Of a DNA stretch of 40,407 bases, positions 32,616-40,407 are shown piece by piece. The notes beneath the pieces are model-generated. The model ran no database searches, was not told the origin of the DNA, and saw only the letters and a program-made list of their open reading frames with translations. The stretch is from Elsinoe ampelina (lineage: Eukaryota): NCBI GenBank assembly GCA_010093995.1, contig ML992509.1:1-40407 (forward strand), written 5' to 3'. The position numbers and the translations under genes are program-made. Numbering within the stretch: the first letter of the stretch is position 1; the number at the start of each line of letters is the position of its first letter.

Positions 32616-35600
32616 CTACCTTCTCTCTTAAGTGTATTTACTCTTAAACGCTATTATATATTATTTATTAATCTATTTTAGCCTTAGCTTATCTATGTAA
32701 GAGTCTAGATAGTTATATAGTACATCGGCTACTCCTTTAAGATTGTTAATTAGCCACTAGGTAAAATTCTCTAGATAGCTCTTCTAGCTTATATAAGTAA
32801 CTAGTTTACTATATAGCATATGTATATTAACTATGTTATTTACCTCGTATTTCTCTTTACTATTAACTTCTACCGGAGGTAGTTCCTTAAAGGCTTAGCC
32901 TAGTAGAGAGTTATTTAGATACTTAGTAAGTAGATCGGCGTAGAATATAGAGTAGATTCGTTATAGCGCAGCTAGTAGATCTAGCTTATATACTAATAGT
33001 AACTACTTCTTAAGGATCTTATATAGACTAATATATTTTAGTAGTAGCTTTAGATTACTATATAGCTAGAGGTTCTTTGTTAATAACTATACTAAATCGT
33101 CTACCTTAAACTCTATTAGCTAGTAGTACTTATTAGCTTATTCTACTATACGCGATTAGGCAATAGCGAGGTTAGCTTTAGTAATAGCTAGCGCTTCTTC
33201 TAGTTGTTTAGCAAGTGCGCAGATGTCGACCTTATTTAGCTTAGCTCTTGTTAATAGTACGTTAGAAGGGAGTTAGAAGCTTAGCCTTAGCTTATATTCT
33301 CTAGTAACCTCGAACAGTAATAGCTTAGTACTCTCTAATAGGTTAACGTTAGTAGAGAACTCTATAACTAGTAGAATAAGAGTCTAATTGCTAAAGCGTA
33401 TAGTATATAAACGAATAACTCGCTCGAACTTATAATTTATAATCTCTAATTAGCTATCTATCTATAGATGCTCTATAGTAGATAGTTTAGTAGTAATCTT
33501 TAGGATTTAGTAGAGCCTCTTCTATACGTCGCTAACGAACTAAGGGCCGTAATCTAAGGTAATACTATTTAGTAGGCTATGTAGTTTCTATATATAGAAG
33601 AATAATAGCTTAGCTATCTCGAATATAGAGGTTTCTTCTTCTCTCTAGAAGTAAGAGATTAAGTATTGTTCCTTAGATAAGCGATTAATAATATATAGTA
33701 CTACGTTATAGCTATCTACTAGAGGTAGGCTAGTAACAAAGTCTATAGTAATATATTACTAAGGCCTAACCGGAATAGGCAATAGCGATAGGGGGCTAGC
33801 TAGTAAGCTATAGTAAGCCTTTAAGCGCTTATAGTTGTAATAATTAGCGACGAACCTCTTAACGTTAAGATTGTACTCGGGGATATAGAAAGTAGACTTA
33901 ATTATAGTAGCCGTCTTAGTAGCTCCTCCGTATATATAATTCTTCGATATATAGACTCCTTAGATAACTTTTGTAGCTATAGAGAAAGACACGATTAATC
34001 GGCTAGTAGTGTATAGTATTCTCTTCTTAATTATAACATTAGTCGATAGTAACTATTTCCTCTTTAGGAAGGCTCCTATTATACAGTAGACGCCGCGAAC
34101 TGTCTCGAAGTTAAGGTCTTATAAGTTAGCTTTAGCTACTTTATCGAAAAGAAGTAAAGGCTCTTCTATAGTAGAGATAGGTACTATATAGGTGCCTAGC
34201 TTATAAGCCGAAATAGGCAGCGAAATAGGTAGTAAAATAGGTGCTAAACTAGATCTTAGTTTAGCCTAGATTAGTAATCTAGCTTAGATACGACCTAGAT
34301 TTAGTTCGTTAATAATGTGCTAATCTAGCACTTTATGTAGTAATAGCGTCTAGCGTAGATTAGAGTCTTCCTTCGAACGTAGTACGTCTCTATTTCTCCT
34401 TATAAGTGTATTAGCCTTACTATTAGCGGCGCTAGGCCTATATATAATCTTAAAGTTAAACTACGTAAGGTAGAGAGCCTAGCGCGCTTAGTAGCGTAAT
34501 AGCTTCTAAGTCTTTATAAAATGCATTAAGGATTAGTAGTTAGTAAGGACGTAAATAGCCTTATCGAATTAAGTACTTATAAGCTTAGAGGCCTATTTCT
34601 TAAAGGCTTAGACGATTACTAATAGCTCCTTGTTATAGATTATATAGTTACATTTAGCTTTGCTTATAGATTTACTAAAGAAAGTAATAGGCTAAAGAAC
34701 GTTAGAATTATTATATTACGATAGGATTCTAGTAGTAGTAGTATTAGAGGCGTTAGTCTCGATAACTACTTACTTCGAGCGATCGAAGTACGCTAAGATA
34801 GAGACACTTATAATAGTATACTTTATGTAGTTAAACGTAGTAGTGTACTTATCGTTCTATAGCGTAGCGTCCTTCTTAGGTAGGTCGTTTAATAGCTTAG
34901 CGATAGTACTAAATCCCTTAATAAAGTAGTAATAGTAGCTATAGAAACTAATAAAGCTTCTTACCTAAGTAGTGTTACTAGGGGCTAGTTGTTTCTAGGC
35001 TTATATAGCTTTAACTTTCTTTAGATCTATCTTAACTCTATCTCGACTAATAATAATACTAAGATACTTTACTTCTATTAGGTAGAACTTGCTCTTCTTA
35101 ATGTCGGCGTTTAGGCCTAAATTGTAGAGATATTAGAGTACTAGCTTAATATGCTTAGCGTGCTCTTAGCGAGTACTATCGGTATAGATAAGAATATTAT
35201 TAAGATAGATTAACACGAAGCGCTTGAGTATATTAACAAAGTTATAATTTATAAACCTCTACTACACTATAGAGGCGTTAGTAAAGCTAAATAGTATTAC
35301 TAACTACTTAAAGTTGCCTATATATATAGAGAACATAGTAAGGTCTTTACTATTAATAGAGTTATAGAGGTAGTAGAAGGCTTAATAGATATTAATCTTA
35401 CTAAACTATTTAGCTTTACTTACGTACGTAAGTGTTTCTTTAATAAGAGGTAGAGAATAGATGTCTTACTTAGTTACCTTATTAAGGCTATAGTAATCGA
35501 CGTAAAGGCGAAGTTTACTACTAGACTTATAAATAAAAAGAATAGGTAAGGAATAGCTAGCCGAGCTTAGCGTAATAAAGTCTTTATTAAGGTACTTATA

Positions 35601-38399
35601 GATAAATAGCTCTACTATGTTAAGCTCCTTTAGTAATAGACAGTAAAGAGATTTAGTACGTAGTAGTTTAGCTCTATTCTTAAGTATAATTCGATTATTA
35701 AAATCCAGCTAATATAGAGGGAGCGTATTAGATTACTCTTTAGAGAAGACGTTAGTAAACTCTTATAGCTCTTCTAGGAGAACTACTATAGGGTCTAGTT
35801 CTAGCTTAGAAGCTATCCGATAGTAGTCCTTAATATTCTTTACCGAGATTATAAACACCTTGTTCTCTTAGTATTTAGCTACTAATACGAAGGTAGCGGC
35901 GCTAATAAAAGCAATAGTTAGCTCTTCTTACTTAGTGTTACTTACGTAGGCAGGTACGTAGAAGAACTTATATATTAGCTAAGTACTATAAGAGATTAGC
36001 TTAAACTCTTCCTAATTTAGCTTAAAGTTCGACCTAAGAGCTAGTAGTCGATATAGTCTAGTTTGTCCTATCTCGGCGGCTAAGCTAGAACCTAGTTTAT
36101 AAGTTAAATTAGAACTAAACTAGTTCCGAACTAGAGTAGTAGCTTTGCCGAGCTAGATTCCTAGATCTAAGCTAGGCTTAGATCTAGATTCTAGCCTTTT
36201 AATTAGCTATAGTAGCTCCTACTTAATAACTATTAGTAAAAACTCTTCTTTATATATAACTTAGCTATACTTATAGTCGATAGTAGCTCTATTAGCCTTA
36301 AGCTATTTAAGGCTAAGAATAATATTAAATCGGCTAATATCTATAATACGGAAGGTAGTAAGGTTATTTAGCTTACTAGAAACAGTAGTAGTAAGAGAGA
36401 CGCTATAAGTGACTTATTCTATTGGAACACTATTATAAGCCTAAAGCTAAATAGGGCTAGCTAGTGCCACTAGATAGCTAAAACTCTTTAGCTTATTAAG
36501 AATGTTATAGTTAACTATAGCGCCGATAAGCGCGCTAGTGTCGATAAAGGCTTAAAGTATAATAGTGCAAGAGTAGTTATAGAGGTTATAAATAGTAATA
36601 GGAGTTATAATAGCGGGGATATAGTAGCTAACGACGCTATTTAATAACCGCATATCTCTAGATCTATCTCGAATTGCCCTTGTTCTACTAGAGAATAGAA
36701 CTTGTCCTCTAGCTACTTGTTTCTCTAGCTAGATAAGTCGGTAAACTTATAATCCATTTCGGGGTTAAACTAAGGCTAAACTAGATCTAGTTCGTAAGCC
36801 GAACTAGTATCGACTTAGTTACTTAATTCGGCTAAGCGATCCTAGAGCTATTATATCTCTTCTATAGCGCTAATACATATAGGACATATAGTAGCGTAAG
36901 TAGCCTTCTCTAAGGCGCTAGCTATACACTTAGTAGAGATATAGCTAGGCTTACTACATGCGTAATAGGTGAGTATTAGAGCTAGACAAAAGAGCTACGA
37001 GGCTTCTCTAGTAATAGAGTAGAAGGTAGCTAGGGTAGTAGGCGTAGAAGTAGAATAAGGTACATAGATTAGTACTATAGTAGCGTAGCTTATAGCTAGG
37101 CTAGAGCGCAAGGCCTAAGTACGCTTAGTAATAAGGTTACTCTATTAGATATTACAGTTAGTAGCGTAGGCCTTTATAATAAAGGTAAAGAGGTTATTAG
37201 TATCGAAGTTAATAAGAGCGATATATAGTTTATTAGATATCTTCTAACGTAACTAGTAGAGCTATTTATCCTTAGCAATCTTAGCGCAAAGAGTATACTT
37301 ATTAAATTCGCTAATAAAGGAGTTAAAAGAGGTATTACGCTAGAAGAGGCTAGCGAACTAGGCGTACGTAGTAGCCTTATAGTTAGGGTCTTTAAAGCGC
37401 TAGGCTAAGATACTAAGGGTAGCTTTAATATTAAGAGTGTTATTACTAGCGGAGTCTATAATAAGAGTATATACTTCGCTAGAAAGGCGTAAGTAGAGAT
37501 AAGTAAACTAGGTTACCTTAGTAGAGAAATAGTTAGTATTAGCGCGTATCTTATTCTTTATCTAGTGCTTAAAAACCTCGAACTGTTCTAGAGTACTACT
37601 AGAGAAGATAGCGAGGTCTAGTATCTTTTTAGACAACGTAGTACTATATATAAAGGGAGCTAGTATAGCGTGTCTTATCTCGGCTCTTAGCTAGGCTAGT
37701 TTAGCCTTAAGTTTGCTAATGTCTATAAGGTAGCATATAGTTTAGATAGTAAGATTATTAGTAGTGCTATTAGTAGTATCTAGTTCTATTAGAGCATTAT
37801 CTAACTAGTTATATAGGTCGAGAGTATTAGTATATACTAAGTTATATATAGTAACCTATTTGTCGTAGGTAGACTTAATAAAGATAAAGGCCTTATATAG
37901 AGTAGTTATCCTATCTATCTCTTATAGCCTCTTTTTAAGGTTAGTGTTACTAAGGTAGATAAGGTTATAATAGGCTAACTAGACTAGTTTATTATTATTA
38001 TTAGTAGAGAGTAGAGGAATCTTACTTACGTAGTAACTATCTTCGCTATAGTTAGAGCGAGCTATACTCGGCGTAGTTAGTCGTAAATAAAATAGTATAA
38101 AAAGTTAACGCGTAATAAAGAAAATATTAAAAATTTTTAGCTAGCGGCCTACTTTCTTTAAGAGTCGTCTATAACTCGACTTATTACCTTCTTCTTATAT
38201 CTTCGAGGTTTATAGTATTAACCTATATAGTAGTAGCGAGGATCTATTATAATATACATAGGAACTATAGTTATAATAGCTTCTTCTTTAATTCTTTAAT
38301 TCTTCGTAAGTAATAGTTAGTAGTTATATAAGTAGTAGAATAACTAGATAATTTAATAGCTCTATCGCTTAGTTATAGTTATTTAAAGTCTCGATATAG

Positions 38400-38603
38400 T
38401 AATTACAACTAGTAAGACAAGGGGGTTAATTACGTCTATTTGTTAAGATATCGAGACTTAGAAGAAGAAGAAGAAAAGCTAGTATATAAAGCATATATAA
38501 TATTAAGGGCAGAGCGGCTAGAAGCCTAGGCTACGATACTAAGATTACGTAACTAATCTAAACTACATCCTAACTAAATCTAGTTCGTATCTATCTCGCA
38601 TTA
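38400..38603 (-). repeat. 5' LTR of the gypsy element
   Basis: 204-bp direct repeat of 32412-32615. TATA-like TTTATATA and a CTT tract on the minus strand. Followed by a self-complementary primer site at 38386-38397. Confidence 0.93.
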
Positions 38604-38608
38604 AATAA

Positions 38609-38960
38609 GAGAAGATAATAACTCCTTTAGGCCCTTTAATAGTTTACTACTTATAACTCTATTAAATTACTATTAATTTAAGTAAGTTCTTTACTATCTT
38701 ATAACTATAACTACCTTACTAGAGGAGTTACTCCGGCTAGTCTTAGCTCTTATATATACTTATACTAGAGTAGTTTTTAAGTTAGGTTAGGTACTAGAAT
38801 TGCTACCTATAACCTAACCTATAGCGATACTAGTACCTAAAGCTTAGTAACTGTAACTCTCTAAGCCTTAGGTAGTGTTACTTAGCCTTAGGTATATAGT
38901 TAGTTATAGTATTACTTATAATACTACCTAATAGTACCTATAGGTGCCTAAGAGTTAAGA
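38609..38960 (+). mobile_element. Probable 3' remainder of the Fot1-like transposase after the gypsy insertion (right end approximate)
   Basis: With the gypsy element and one TSD removed, the frame continues from ..SKINR*LTPLI into REDNNSFRPF..LITLLN. This resembles the TP-containing C-terminal region of pogo transposases. No TIR confirmed. Confidence 0.5.
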
Positions 38961-39142
38961 AGTAGATATATATCTTAAGAACTTAAGATTTAGAAATTAA
39001 AATTTAAAAGTTAAAGGTTATAATTACGTTTATTAATTATACTAATCTTGCTAGTACCTCCTATCTACTCTTATAGCCTACGCCTTACTTACTTATCTAC
39101 CTTTATAGAATAATTGTCCTTACTATAAACTGTCTAATTGTC

Positions 39143-39677
39143 CTAGTTATATATATTAAACTTTATATAATAGCAACAAGTAAGCTATAAATCTTTCTAG
39201 TTAATAGTAACTTACTTAGCATAAATACAATTAAGGTTTATATCTAAGAATATTAGTATCTATAATAGTATTAAATTTAAATAATAGATACCTTCTATAT
39301 ACCTAATAATAAATGCCTCTATTACTTCCTAAAGTGCTTTAAGAGCTTTAGATTAGATATAAAAGCTTTTACCTTAACAAATATAGTCTCTAATAATCTT
39401 ATAGACAAGGCAGCTAAAGAGGAGCTTATAGTAGAGAAGTTTAGTTAACTTCTAGTAGTAATAAATCTCTTAGAGAGTAATAGCTATATAGTATTAGTAA
39501 TGTAATATAATAATTAATTATAATAATTATACTACTAGCCTTAAACTTGTTCTTCTTTCTAGAAGCAATAGTTGTCTTATAAGGTTACTTAGTAGTAGAA
39601 GTCTTAGGTCTACTAGATAACTTACTCTTATAACTATAACTATAGGTTAGTACTATAGTACCTCTCTTAGGAGGTAT
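39143..39677 (-). pseudogene. RIP-inactivated divergent histone H3-like gene, 3 exons
   Basis: Spliced literal translation: (I)PPKRG...RKKNKFKAST ITL*EIYYY*KLTKLLYYKLLFSCLVYKIIRDYIC*GKSFYI*SKALKAL*EVIEAFIIRYIED INLNCIYAK*VTIN*KDL*LTCC. Transitions alone convert it to AGTVALREIRRYQKSTELL.RKLPF.RLVREI...RIQS.AL.ALQEA.EAF.VG..ED.NL..IHAKRVTI.QKD.QLARR. GT-AG introns 39484-39532 and 39244-39291 carry CTAAT branch relics. The 3' end is approximate. Confidence 0.9.
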
Positions 39678-40407
39678 AGTTACTATTACTACTAAGGATA
39701 GAGTCTTAGGAGATACTTATAATATAAAGTAATCTTATAGTAGTAAAGGTAAGGTAGTAGAGAGTATAGAAAGTAATAAGGTAGATATAGTAGTAGTATA
39801 AAGAAAGATAAGTAGAAAGAGAAGAGGTAAAAGAAGTAGAAGAAGAGAAATATATAATAAGAAGAGAAATACGTAATAATTTAGTAGCTAGTAATAGCAC
39901 GGCTAACAATAGGAATATAATATTATAATAGAAATATAAAATTAGTAAATTAGAAATGTATAGTATAAAAAATACTTACTTATTATAATATTATTTATAA
40001 TAGTAAGGTATATAATATTAGATTTATTTAAACGCTTAGAAAAAGAAGAATCTAGATATTATAGAGTACTAACAATAAGTACGTAATAATCTAGCGTAAT
40101 AATATAATACTAATTTAGTATATTATAATTCTTAAAAACCTTACATTTTATATTTTATATTCTACCCTAGCTACCTTATTATTACTTTATATATAGTAGA
40201 AGGCTATATTACTCTTCTCTATTCTTCTTCTTCTTCTATTAACTTTCTTTCTTTTTATCTCTACTGCCCTTTTATTTCTACGCTTTTAAGTTTAACTTTT
40301 ATATCTTATTTTACTATAGTAACCTCTCTAGATACTCTTATAGCTAATATACCTTCTAATACCTCTCCTAGTAGCTCTCCTAAGATTAAGAATAAGTTTA
40401 ATAAGTT

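Larger units (their letters stand above)
32412..38603 (-). mobile_element. Full-length RIP-inactivated Ty3/gypsy chromovirus LTR retrotransposon inserted in the Fot1-like element
   Basis: Paired 204-bp LTRs and a 5-bp TSD AATAA (32407-32411, 38604-38608). Minus-strand relics in gypsy order: Gag zinc knuckle YYACSKPSYISTKC (~36925-36970), protease AFIDTSA (~36531-36552), RT LRLYVDYYSLN and IYLNNIL (~35190-35515), RNase H IETNAS (~34745-34763), integrase ITIDFVTSLP (~33725-33766), chromodomain YEVNNIV..S*KSY..FT*WLINNL (~32720-32855). PPT at 32616-32629. Confidence 0.93.
31130..40407. repeat. RIP-mutated AT-rich repeat block (nested transposon relics)
   Basis: Abrupt drop in GC, near loss of CpA/TpG, TpA excess, and almost no ORFs. 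Recognisable proteins carry TAA/TAG at Gln/Arg/Trp codons. Confidence 0.95.

Noticed and set aside
34195..34290. Short imperfect tandem repeats inside the gypsy pol (also ~36080-36200), considered as a CRISPR-like or satellite array
   Set aside because: Irregular low-complexity linkers between Pol domains, further homogenised by RIP; no repeat-spacer structure, and the context is eukaryotic.
39143..39677. Interpretation as the organism's functional H3 or CenH3 gene
   Set aside because: It has multiple in-frame stops and a lost ATG. H3 and CenH3 are essential, so this must be an extra copy or variant.
39706..39909. 67-aa hydrophobic ORF from the ORF track
   Set aside because: Low-complexity artefact of a RIP'd pyrimidine-rich leader (Leu/Tyr/Ile/Ser codons).

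Overview
Filamentous ascomycete (Pezizomycotina) genomic DNA. A ~30.5 kb gene-rich island (~540-31000) holds 12 supportable genes, most with introns: a small membrane-anchored hypothetical protein, URC4/Urg3 (DUF1688), a HeLo-domain pseudokinase, a ribokinase-like PfkB kinase, a Ser/Thr kinase with a helical N-terminus, an RSC4-like double-bromodomain protein, PEX2, a second-type 6-phosphogluconate dehydrogenase, GH76, a dihydroxy-acid dehydratase, a Myb/SANT-like protein and an aldo-keto reductase. AT-rich blocks destroyed by repeat-induced point mutation (RIP) flank the island. The left block is the 3' end of a Ty1/copia element (RNase H tail, PPT, LTR 244-503). The right block holds a pogo/Fot1-type transposase, split by a full-length Ty3/gypsy chromovirus (32412-38603; 204-bp LTRs, AATAA TSD, Tf1-like self-priming site). 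The most notable item follows it and is invisible in the ORF track: a complete, two-intron, RIP-killed divergent histone H3-like gene (39143-39677, minus strand) with a non-canonical tail and extended loop 1, probably transposon cargo. All annotation is manual reading and motif recognition; no searches were run, and de-RIP reconstructions are inferences.
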